From a virus: a DNA stretch of 64,000 nucleotides. Both the position numbers and the translations under genes were made by a program. The notes beneath the pieces were generated by a model, which did not search any database, was not told the origin of the DNA, and worked only from the letters and a program-made list of their open reading frames with translations. Positions 35,310 through 45,573 of this stretch are shown one piece after another (position 1 is the stretch's first letter; each line of letters starts with the position of its first letter). The stretch covers positions 64,001 to 128,000 of the IMG/VR virus record IMGVR_UViG_3300008448_000004; one strand, 5' to 3'.

Positions 35310-36173
35310 TTACTTTTCTAATTGTTGTATGTAGTTTAATAATCTGTCTTTAGGTGCCCATCCTAATCTTTCTACAGCATCACTATTAACACGTAAAGTC
35401 TTTCTATAATTACCTTGTTGCTCTGGGATGTTTATTGTTTCACATCCGAATTTATCGCAGAACATTTTAGCTACTTCGTTTACAGAGTAGTTACATCCTG
35501 TACCTAGCTCCCAAGCATCTTCATGCTTCTCATCAGACTCGGCAACTCTTATAAGCCCATCTACGATATCTTGAACGTGTGTGAAATCTCTACGTTGCTC
35601 TCCATCACCTACAATCGTCAGTTTCTCATTATTCTGAAGCTGTTTTCTCCACACCCCGATTACTGCAGCCATATGACTGTCTACTAGCTCACCAGGACCG
35701 TATACATTATAGAATCTAACGATTTCTGCGTTAAGCCCAAAACATTTAGTGCTCATCTTTATCCACTGCTCTCCCATGTACTTTGTCATAGCGTAGGGGG
35801 ATAATTCTGGGTTGTGGTGTTTAGATGATGATCCTGCGTATATAAGTTTAGCGCTTACTTTCAAAGCGTAATCAACTACCTGTCTAGTTCCCTCTACATT
35901 AGAGGTAAAAGTTTGTCTAGGTTGTGCAAAAGAAGGTTGAATTCTACTTAACGCGGCAAGATGAAAAATATACTTATAATTCTTTAAAGCAACATTTTCC
36001 ATGGCTCTTACATCACCTCCTAGGAAATTTGCACCTATCAGGTCAACATCCTTGGCTTCTTTTCCTATACTTAAATTATCTATTACATCGACATTATAGC
36101 CTCTGAGTAGAAGCTCTTTAGTTAGGGCATATCCTACAAAGCCACATCCTCCGGTTACTAGTACATTTTCCAT
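35310..36173 (-). CDS. NAD-dependent nucleotide-sugar epimerase/dehydratase
   Basis: TGGCGFVG, HLAA, YAMTK, RFYNVYGP, RDFTHV. Confidence 0.9.
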   Translation of the reverse strand: MENVLVTGGCGFVGYALTKELLLRGYNVDVIDNLSIGKEAKDVDLIGANFLGGDVRAMENVALKNYKYIFHLAALSRIQPSFAQPRQTFTSNVEGTRQVVDYALKVSAKLIYAGSSSKHHNPELSPYAMTKYMGEQWIKMSTKCFGLNAEIVRFYNVYGPGELVDSHMAAVIGVWRKQLQNNEKLTIVGDGEQRRDFTHVQDIVDGLIRVAESDEKHEDAWELGTGCNYSVNEVAKMFCDKFGCETINIPEQQGNYRKTLRVNSDAVERLGWAPKDRLLNYIQQLEK

Positions 36174-36176
36174 AGT

Positions 36177-37013
36177 TTATACATTTAATGTTTTATTCCA
36201 AGCTGCAATATGCAAACGAGTTAATCCTCTAAAGCGGTATTTTTTAGCCATTTCAAGACAGAACTGAGTGCGTTCTTCAAAATCAGCTACATCGTCTAAT
36301 CCAGGCATACAAACTATATTCTTAAGAGGAATATTTAACGGAGTTACAAATTCTTCAAATATCTCCTTAACATCTTCTTCGGTACTGATAACGAATTTAA
36401 ACTGGTAGTTTTTATGCTCCATAATACGCTTAAGAGCTGCTTCATTAAAGCGTTGTGATTTAGTCATCCCCGAGTTTGCTAGCTTAGGAGAGCAATTAAT
36501 CTGGTCGAGCATTTTAAAGAGAGGTTCGTCAATATAGACTGTGCCGTTGGTTTCAATCTCGTAATACGGTCTGACAGTGTTATCGAGGTGTCTTGCAAGC
36601 CAGTAATTGGTAAAGTTAACGATTGATTGTTGATGTCCTTTTATTGTCGGTTCGCCGCCAGTCCAAATAATATGAACATTGCCATCTAGAATATCCTCGT
36701 AAACACCTTCTTCTTTCCATCGGTTAATTAGGTATTCGAATTCTTTATCTTCTCCTCTCCACAACCACTGGCTTGTACTATCACAAGTCCAGGTTGCTTT
36801 ACCTTCAGCATGTAAGTCTCCTATAAAGATTTCTCCATCTTCTAGCTTCTGCTCTTTAGCTAACATATTAGTGAATACTCTACTCATACCGCAAGTAAGG
36901 TTGCAGATACCTAAACGAACAAAGTAAGAAGGTATTCCCGAAGAGATGCCTTCACCTTGTATTGAGTAGAAGTCAGAGCTGATTAATAATTTTTTTGGAT
37001 CTATTTTACTCAT
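36177..37013 (-). CDS. queE: 7-carboxy-7-deazaguanine synthase (radical SAM)
   Basis: FYSIQGEG, FVRL, CNLTC-x35-C, TGGEP, ETNGT, CSPKL, KFV, RLH. Confidence 0.88.
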   Translation of the reverse strand: MSKIDPKKLLISSDFYSIQGEGISSGIPSYFVRLGICNLTCGMSRVFTNMLAKEQKLEDGEIFIGDLHAEGKATWTCDSTSQWLWRGEDKEFEYLINRWKEEGVYEDILDGNVHIIWTGGEPTIKGHQQSIVNFTNYWLARHLDNTVRPYYEIETNGTVYIDEPLFKMLDQINCSPKLANSGMTKSQRFNEAALKRIMEHKNYQFKFVISTEEDVKEIFEEFVTPLNIPLKNIVCMPGLDDVADFEERTQFCLEMAKKYRFRGLTRLHIAAWNKTLNV

Positions 37014-37261
37014 AATTTACTTTTTTGTTCTTGTATAAATTGAAGATAAGGAATCCATTTTACATATGTAAGTTCTTCGTCTGGGAATCCTAATAGTATA
37101 TTGCCGGTTTCGTCTTTTGCTATCATAGTAAATCCGAAGCCTTCACATATCATATGAATTCCGTATTCAGGTTCTAGAGCTTCTGCTTCTTTTTCGATAT
37201 CGAAATCCCAAGGAAATTCCGGGTCATTTATTTCGCAGTATTGTTTACTAAACTCTGCCAT
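37010..37261 (-). CDS. hypothetical protein
   Basis: 83-aa ORF with overlapping ends. Confidence 0.55.
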   Translation of the reverse strand: MAEFSKQYCEINDPEFPWDFDIEKEAEALEPEYGIHMICEGFGFTMIAKDETGNILLGFPDEELTYVKWIPYLQFIQEQKSKL

Positions 37262-37391
37262 TTGTAATCGTTTTTATATAATTTAAAACAAAACTAACAT
37301 TAGGCCATTCGGTTACTGCTGCAAAAAAACTAAGGTGTTTTTCTCCGCAGAGGCCTATTGCATGTTCTAAAGCGTGCAATACTTCGCTCAT
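37248..37391 (-). CDS. 47-aa hypothetical protein
   Basis: Missed by the track: MSEVLHALEHAIGLCGEKHLSFF...GRV fills the gap. Confidence 0.45.
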   Translation of the reverse strand: MSEVLHALEHAIGLCGEKHLSFFAAVTEWPNVSFVLNYIKTITNGRV

Positions 37392-37618
37392 CAGTCTTGT
37401 CTTTGTTTTTCTTTAATCTGCTTTCTACGAGCAGCTTTCTTAGAGATAGTCTTTTCTTTCTTCTGCTCTTGAACTTCTTGCTGTTCAGTTTTTTCTCGAG
37501 TTAAAGCTTTCCATTCGGATTTAGCTACATACTGCCATTCTCTGCCTACCATGTTGTAAGCTTGTTGATCTGTAACACGGATAATGTTTCCGGTCTTTTC
37601 GCTTTTTAAACACTTCAT
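37391..37618 (-). CDS. hypothetical basic protein
   Basis: 75-aa ORF. Confidence 0.55.
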   Translation of the reverse strand: MKCLKSEKTGNIIRVTDQQAYNMVGREWQYVAKSEWKALTREKTEQQEVQEQKKEKTISKKAARRKQIKEKQRQD

Positions 37619-37641
37619 TGGTTATTCCTCCATGTTTTAGG

Positions 37642-38160
37642 TTATAGAAATTTTGAAATTTGACTTAGACGCTCTTCTACCGTGCCTCTTAGTACCACTA
37701 CTTTTTCTTCTGGGATATGTTGCTTTATAAATTGTATGATAATATCGTCAATCTTACTTTGTAATTCTTGCCAAGCTCCACCGGGCCTACCTTCATCTAT
37801 AACATAACCAAACTCAATAGGTATGTAAAAAAAGTACTCTACCCGGTCTTTAGTTTCCTCAAACAAATTTATAATTCCTTCAACATCTACATCGGGTGCT
37901 AGTATTTGAGAGTATATAATACAGTCAATTACGCTTCGAGTACTAATTACGTTCTTATGAGTAAGGTAATTCTGATATGCCCAAGCAGAAAGTTCGTTAA
38001 TTACGTATTGCTGTTCGTCGAGAGAAAAATCTAACGATTTAGCAATCTTAGTTACCGGCCTTGAAAATCCATCTGTAACATAGTAATCTGGATAGTGCTT
38101 AGCAACTTCCTTAAGCAGAGTACTTTTGCCTACTCCGTGAGCTCCTAGTAGTATTTTCAT
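37642..38160 (-). CDS. P-loop nucleoside monophosphate kinase-like protein
   Basis: GAHGVGKST Walker A, RSVID (thymidylate/deoxynucleoside-kinase-like), GTVEER. Confidence 0.75.
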   Translation of the reverse strand: MKILLGAHGVGKSTLLKEVAKHYPDYYVTDGFSRPVTKIAKSLDFSLDEQQYVINELSAWAYQNYLTHKNVISTRSVIDCIIYSQILAPDVDVEGIINLFEETKDRVEYFFYIPIEFGYVIDEGRPGGAWQELQSKIDDIIIQFIKQHIPEEKVVVLRGTVEERLSQISKFL

Positions 38161-38187
38161 TAAGTCTTTTGTTAAAGATAAGCTTTA

Positions 38188-38790
38188 TTATTGGAACTGC
38201 CAAACTTTAGTAAAGAAATATTTCCAAGATTCTAAGGAAGTTCTCCTCAGTAATGCATAAGCATGATCCGCATTAATAGTTATATTCTTTGTCCTAACCT
38301 CAGCTACTACTCTACCGGAATCTAATTGTGGGATTACTTCATGTATAACACTACCGCAGTCCGGATAGTCTGCTTGCTTTCCAGCAATTGCTTCTTGCAT
38401 ATTAAATCCTTTTAACTCAGGATACTTAGTTATAAGAGCAGGATGTCCATTGTAGATACTACCTGCGTATCGACCAAAAAACCCTGCTGGAATTATTCTC
38501 AAGTAACCGTGTAGTGTTATAAGTTTCTTGCTCAACAAAGTTTTACTTAGGTAGTCTTCTAAGACAGGCTTAAACGGTATAATCATTATGTCTACCTCAT
38601 TCTGCTTAAATATCTCCAGGTTTTCTGCTGTTATCTTACCTAGGTTATTGGTTACAACAAGACTGGGGAGATACCCAATCTCTTTACTTATAGCTATTAC
38701 TTCAGATCCAGTTTGAGAAATAAGTACTCCCCAGCTTTCTTGCTTTTTCATATTACTGTCCCATTGCTTTTTTAGTGTATACTTTTGCAT
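38188..38790 (-). CDS. dpdN: PurN-like formyltransferase; DpdN-type dPreQ1 formyltransferase by context
   Basis: LHGYLRI, YNGHPAL, GSVIHEV, LDSG formyltransferase motifs; directly downstream of queF and dpdA. Confidence 0.75.
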   Translation of the reverse strand: MQKYTLKKQWDSNMKKQESWGVLISQTGSEVIAISKEIGYLPSLVVTNNLGKITAENLEIFKQNEVDIMIIPFKPVLEDYLSKTLLSKKLITLHGYLRIIPAGFFGRYAGSIYNGHPALITKYPELKGFNMQEAIAGKQADYPDCGSVIHEVIPQLDSGRVVAEVRTKNITINADHAYALLRRTSLESWKYFFTKVWQFQ

Positions 38791-39667
38791 CGATTAATGC
38801 TTGTGGTATTAAATCCAGCCTAGTAGCACGTACAGGGTTGATATCTAAAGATCCTCTTCTAGAATACAGTAACATTACAACACAATCTTTTACTTGAGGA
38901 ACACTCGTTAGAGCTGTAAACAGCTTTTCACTACAAAATTCATGAAACTCATTAACTTCCCTCAAGGCTATAACCTCTTTTAATAAGGATTGTAAATCTA
39001 AAATACCACCCTCAGTTTTAATGTGAAAATAAGCTGCTCCAGTATCTTTCTGCTTAGTATGTCGACATCTAGAACGTAGTGCGTTAGTGAAAACTTTAAA
39101 CTCACTGCCATGCCCTTCTTTTATTTTAAAATGAAAATTCTCGGCAGTATAGTCTGTTATCTCCATTTTCTCTAGCTTTTCATCGCCGATATAACCTTCC
39201 AGTAGCCTGTATCCTGAAGCTGGATCTGCTTCTACTAGTACGTCAAGCTCATCACCAGGTCTAAAGAATCCAACTTCAACCGGAGCTTGAATAGCTTCTG
39301 AAATATCATGTTTAACTTGAGCTTCATATGCTGCGATTGCTTCTTTAATGGTACCTCCCATCTTACACATATCAAAAGTATTCAAGTAAAGTTTAAAAGA
39401 TTTAGACTCTACCATAAACTCTGATGATGCAGGATATACAATTTTTAAAGTTCCAGCTACAGGAAGTCCGTTGTTAAGTAGGAAAGTAGCTTCGTGACAA
39501 TGCCATGTATCGTATCCTACAAACTCGTCCCCTTTAATGCCCCAATCTTCTCTAGCTAGCTTTCTAGGCATCGGCACTAGGAAAGAAGAATCAAATTTAT
39601 CTGTTGTGATTGCGTAACTGCCCTGTTGACCTAGGTGCTTACTTGCAATGTCGTTCATTCCACTCAT
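38753..39667 (-). CDS. queF: NADPH-dependent preQ0 reductase (bimodular)
   Basis: VESKSFKLYLNTF QueF motif; SRCRHT (catalytic Cys), QKD, EFHE, RRGSLDINP. Confidence 0.9.
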   Translation of the reverse strand: MSGMNDIASKHLGQQGSYAITTDKFDSSFLVPMPRKLAREDWGIKGDEFVGYDTWHCHEATFLLNNGLPVAGTLKIVYPASSEFMVESKSFKLYLNTFDMCKMGGTIKEAIAAYEAQVKHDISEAIQAPVEVGFFRPGDELDVLVEADPASGYRLLEGYIGDEKLEKMEITDYTAENFHFKIKEGHGSEFKVFTNALRSRCRHTKQKDTGAAYFHIKTEGGILDLQSLLKEVIALREVNEFHEFCSEKLFTALTSVPQVKDCVVMLLYSRRGSLDINPVRATRLDLIPQALIDAKVYTKKAMGQ

Positions 39668-40473
39668 AGTTTTTTTCCTTTTATAATTTGACGAATAGTT
39701 AAGACGTTATGTGAGATAGATCTCATTTGATCTGGAGTTATTGTTCTATCCAGGTTATCGGCAAGCTTCTCTTTAGGTTTAGGTTTGTCTGTTCCTCCCC
39801 AGCTAAAGTTAATATCGTTCCAGCCGTATACAATAGGTGCAGAAGAATCTACAGAGTAGATAAGTTCTTTATCCTCTTTTGTATAGAGTACATACTCGGA
39901 ATAATTTTGAAGACCTAAGAGATGCACCTGTAAGTGATTATCCTTCAATACGTTCTTCATATGCTGAAAGACAATATAACGTATGTTATGGTAGTCTGTG
40001 CCTGGAATGGTATCGTAAGGCATAGCTACGATCTCAATTGCTGGGCATTGTCTTTTCCAGTAGGTAATCTCGTTAAGAGATTTGTATAGCTCTCCCATAT
40101 TGGTACCTTGTATAACAGCAATAAGCTTGAAAGGTATTCTATGTAAGCTTCCATATCTGTTTTCTAAAATCGAAAGGAATGCTTTTAAGAACTCGATAGT
40201 TTTATCACAATCGTTAACCCAGTCGGGAACTACTACATGGGTAGGTTTAACGCGTTCTGCTGCTTCAATTAAGATTTCAAAATCAACAGATTTTCCTAAT
40301 TCAAAAGCACTATTATCTAAAATAGAAAAAGTTGCATTTTTACACTTTCTAATATAGAAGTCTGTATACTCTTGATCTTGTCCAATCAAGTGAGCTAGCA
40401 CATAAGGGTAGTCGTTAATAAGGTCGTGAATAGGAAATAACTGCTTTGGAATTTCGTGGCTAATTAAGGTCAT
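39664..40473 (-). CDS. dpdA: TGT-fold DNA guanine transglycosylase, DpdA (DpdA3-like by context)
   Basis: ILDNSAFE, VVPD, AVIQG, VHLLG, SVDSS; lies between queC and queF. Confidence 0.75.
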   Translation of the reverse strand: MTLISHEIPKQLFPIHDLINDYPYVLAHLIGQDQEYTDFYIRKCKNATFSILDNSAFELGKSVDFEILIEAAERVKPTHVVVPDWVNDCDKTIEFLKAFLSILENRYGSLHRIPFKLIAVIQGTNMGELYKSLNEITYWKRQCPAIEIVAMPYDTIPGTDYHNIRYIVFQHMKNVLKDNHLQVHLLGLQNYSEYVLYTKEDKELIYSVDSSAPIVYGWNDINFSWGGTDKPKPKEKLADNLDRTITPDQMRSISHNVLTIRQIIKGKKL

Positions 40474-40479
40474 TTTATT

Positions 40480-41340
40480 TTATTTTTGATATTCTGCTAA
40501 TACTTTTTCAACATGCTCTTTAGCTACAGTCCATTTTACAGGCCCAGTTTCGTCAGCATAAGCTACAGGATCAGGACGACCTAGCTTAATAAATGCTTCA
40601 ATACGCTCTACTGATGCTGCTGATTTATAGTCTGAATACCAGTCTAATTCAGTACTAGCATTTGTTGCGAAAGAGATCGGCTTGTAGCTGGTATTAGTAC
40701 GTTTATATACTTCGTTAAAATCTAAACCTAGTGCTTCGCAGCATTCTTCTCCATCTTTTAAAATATCAAATTTATTTAGTTCAAGATAAGGAGTATAGTG
40801 TGATACTAAATGCGAATCCCAATTACCAATTTTAAATGCTTCAAAATCAGCATCACGAAACTCTTGTCTACAATCAGGATAAATTGCATGATCGCCGGCA
40901 TGTATTCCCATTGCAATAACTACCTCTTGACCTACAGCACAATCATCTGTAATCGTTTTTGTTGCAATTGAAAGTGCTACTGCTTGAATAAGTGAAGCAA
41001 AGATTTTATTACGGTTAGGAACAACGGTATCTTTCATATTGTCCTGCTCATAATGTCCTTCTGGAACATCCCATCCTCCTTCTACGAGAGCAGAATTAAG
41101 GAGTTTTGTTATTCCGTCAATTTTAATAACCTGATGTCTTACAAAATTGTCTGTTTTTGTAAAAAACATTTTATCGTTAATATAACCCACTAGGGATTTA
41201 GCTCTTTCTAATTCGACTTTATGCTTTTGGCCATAGTCAAAACTAAGAGCTGTTACTTCGTAGCCGTTAGCTAGAAGGTGTAAAAGGAGAGTAGAGGAAT
41301 CCATTCCTCCTGAAAGGCTGAGAACTGCTTGCTTTTTCAT
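40480..41340 (-). CDS. queC: 7-cyano-7-deazaguanine synthase
   Basis: LSLSGGMDS, FDYGQKH, VVPNRN, HAGDHAIYPDCR; C-terminal Zn cysteines absent. Confidence 0.92.
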   Translation of the reverse strand: MKKQAVLSLSGGMDSSTLLLHLLANGYEVTALSFDYGQKHKVELERAKSLVGYINDKMFFTKTDNFVRHQVIKIDGITKLLNSALVEGGWDVPEGHYEQDNMKDTVVPNRNKIFASLIQAVALSIATKTITDDCAVGQEVVIAMGIHAGDHAIYPDCRQEFRDADFEAFKIGNWDSHLVSHYTPYLELNKFDILKDGEECCEALGLDFNEVYKRTNTSYKPISFATNASTELDWYSDYKSAASVERIEAFIKLGRPDPVAYADETGPVKWTVAKEHVEKVLAEYQK

Positions 41341-41384
41341 CTTTTAAAGTATATTGTTTGAGGAAGTATTTACTTATTAAACGC

Positions 41385-41585
41385 TTACTCCTCGTTCAAG
41401 CGTTGCATTTTATCTTTAAATTCTTCTTCTGTTAAATCTCTATAAGTAGGTCCTAAACCGTAATCCATATCTACAAGCACCCAGTCATTCTGAATTAAAA
41501 ACCGGTCGTTGTGTTTTTCGTTCCATTCATATTCTACAAAAACTAAATACTCTTCGTAAGTCTTAAAAGGAAGTTGTTGTGTCAT
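41385..41585 (-). CDS. hypothetical protein
   Basis: 66-aa ORF. Confidence 0.5.
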   Translation of the reverse strand: MTQQLPFKTYEEYLVFVEYEWNEKHNDRFLIQNDWVLVDMDYGLGPTYRDLTEEEFKDKMQRLNEE

Positions 41586-41586
41586 A

Positions 41587-42093
41587 TTAGAATAATTGTC
41601 TTATAAGATAATTACTATTTACCGGTAAAGCAAATAAATCTTTATTTTTACCACATAGTTTAAAGTTTCGACCTTTAACGTAGTTTCTCATTTCGTTAAG
41701 ATCGTAAATGTAGCAATGATTATTGTCTAGATCGTAGGTAAGTATGCTATCGGCCTTGGAGGTATAAAACCATCCGAGAGTACCGGTTGGGTGTTTAATT
41801 ACTTCTAAGAAAGTAAATCCGTTCCTAATGTTAGTTTTAATATCTGCACGATCCCATTCTTGGGTACGTTTATTAAAAACTTCTACGTCAAAACCTTTCT
41901 TTTGCTTAAACTTATACTCTTGGTAATCGGTATAGTCTTTTAGTTCTATACCTCTCTCTAAAAGCTGTTCAATAACATTAACTTCACCTGCTCTACCTTT
42001 TTTGTAAGCTTGGGTACTTTCAAACTTATTCATAACTGTTTTATTTTTAATTTTCGTAAGTAGCGCTATTTCTTTCGTTTTCTCTAAACTCAA
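41587..42093 (-). CDS. PD-(D/E)XK restriction-endonuclease-like protein
   Basis: GRAGE, GFDVEV, DIKT, FLE, WFY pattern. Confidence 0.6.
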   Translation of the reverse strand: MSLEKTKEIALLTKIKNKTVMNKFESTQAYKKGRAGEVNVIEQLLERGIELKDYTDYQEYKFKQKKGFDVEVFNKRTQEWDRADIKTNIRNGFTFLEVIKHPTGTLGWFYTSKADSILTYDLDNNHCYIYDLNEMRNYVKGRNFKLCGKNKDLFALPVNSNYLIRQLF

Positions 42094-42511
42094 CCTTTAC
42101 TACCTTAACTCTACCTTCTGTTTCTTCTTGTACGAAAGCATTTACTTTTTCAAAAACAAATTTAGCAAATTGCTCTGCTCCTACAGCAGGAAGCTCTCTC
42201 AGCTGTATAACTCCTAAATGATCCATAGTTCTAAATCCGTTAATACCCGGGTCATCTTGTGCTACCAATGTTGTATGGTCAAACATATAATCCATCCAAA
42301 CTTTAGGATTTTTACCATCTATAGTTCCTTTAGCTCGCTTCATGCCTCCAAAATCCCAAACCCAATTACGCTCATCTAATTCACCTTCGAACCAAATCTT
42401 AAAAGATACTCCATATCCATGTAAATACTTACAGTGCGTTCCTTCTGCTTTCCACTGCCTGAATACACAGCTATATCCGTCGAATACTTTTGCTGATGAA
42501 AACTTTGCCAT
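42047..42511 (-). CDS. queD: 6-carboxy-5,6,7,8-tetrahydropterin synthase
   Basis: HCKYLHGY, VWDFG, FDHTTL, GAEQFA, RENERN. Confidence 0.92.
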   Translation of the reverse strand: MAKFSSAKVFDGYSCVFRQWKAEGTHCKYLHGYGVSFKIWFEGELDERNWVWDFGGMKRAKGTIDGKNPKVWMDYMFDHTTLVAQDDPGINGFRTMDHLGVIQLRELPAVGAEQFAKFVFEKVNAFVQEETEGRVKVVKVEFRENERNSATYEN

Positions 42512-42531
42512 ATATTTTACTTTATTTTAAT

Positions 42532-43068
42532 TTAAGACTTTAATGTCAAATCTTCAACTCCTCTCTCCTCCTCAAAACTAACAGGGTAGTTCTTTACTAA
42601 ATGTGAAGGAGGAGCTTGCCGGACAGGTGTGTATTGAGAAGATATCTGCTGATATAAATCTAAAAGCGTACCATCGAAGTCTTCCATGAGTTGCTCTAGT
42701 ACTTCTTTAGCTATTCTAGTCGACTTGGTTACTTGCTTTTTAAAGTCTTCAAGACGAGTAGCTTCATCTTTATGATAATCTTCCATAAGCCTTCTATACT
42801 TTTCCATGTAAAGGCTTTCTATCTCTCTTCGTTTTTCTAAATCCTGCACCCCTACCTGCCTATCTTCTAACTCATACAAAGCGTATTGAGCCATCCAATA
42901 ATATGGAGAGTGGTCAAAATCACCGTTTTTTATCTTATCAGGAATAGGAGCGTAAGGATGTAAGGTATCCTTAACTTTGCAGTTTCGCCACCATTGAAAA
43001 CGGTTATACTTTATCCGAACAAGTTCAGATAGTTTTTGCTCGATAAAAGGTCTTGGATGACGTATCAT
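42532..43068 (-). CDS. hypothetical protein
   Basis: 178-aa ORF with its own promoter (43072-43102). Confidence 0.6.
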   Translation of the reverse strand: MIRHPRPFIEQKLSELVRIKYNRFQWWRNCKVKDTLHPYAPIPDKIKNGDFDHSPYYWMAQYALYELEDRQVGVQDLEKRREIESLYMEKYRRLMEDYHKDEATRLEDFKKQVTKSTRIAKEVLEQLMEDFDGTLLDLYQQISSQYTPVRQAPPSHLVKNYPVSFEEERGVEDLTLKS

Positions 43069-43084
43069 ACCTAAATATAACTAC

Positions 43085-45113
<2,029 letters not shown>

Positions 45114-45157
45114 TTTTAGCGATATTTTTTAAATTTTAGGAATAGAATAACCTTCTA

Positions 45158-45188
45158 CAAATATATGTAGATTAAACCATAAAACCAA
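45158..45188 (-). promoter_or_regulatory. Bacteroidota promoter, perfect TTG-N20-TATATTTG
   Basis: Exact -7 TAnnTTTG consensus upstream of nrdJ. Confidence 0.7.
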
Positions 45189-45225
45189 TTTTTATTGAAA
45201 AAGTTATAAAGTTTTTCTACACTAC

Positions 45226-45537
45226 TTACGCAGACGGTGTAGGCGTCGGACTTGGCGTGGCAGCCGGGGTGGCGCTGATGCTTGGGGTTGGAGGAGGGAC
45301 GTCAGCGGCGATTCTTCCGCCATTACCTCCGGGAGATCCTCCTACTATTGTATCTTGAGAGGATTGTACAGATTGTACGTATGTATTTGCTCTCTTCTGT
45401 AGATCAGAAGACGGAGCAGCGGCCTGTTTAACTTGCTTTTCAAATTGCTGTTTTAGCAAATTATTTGCTGATAGTTGATTTATTTTGTCTAGTTGTGTTT
45501 TAGACTCTTTTTCGTACTTGTCCTGTAAACTGGCCAT
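45226..45537 (-). CDS. hypothetical protein with Pro/Thr/Ala-rich tail
   Basis: 103 aa; TATTTATA upstream (45558-45565). Confidence 0.55.
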   Translation of the reverse strand: MASLQDKYEKESKTQLDKINQLSANNLLKQQFEKQVKQAAAPSSDLQKRANTYVQSVQSSQDTIVGGSPGGNGGRIAADVPPPTPSISATPAATPSPTPTPSA

Positions 45538-45573
45538 TATTTGTAGTTTAGATCTATTATAAATATCTAAGCG

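Noticed and set aside
38188-38790. PurN for purine biosynthesis
   Set aside because: No other pur genes are present, and it is translationally coupled to queF.
38753-39667. QueF-like amidinotransferase (archaeosine route)
   Set aside because: The NADPH-binding ESKSxKLY motif is intact, which indicates the reductase giving preQ1.
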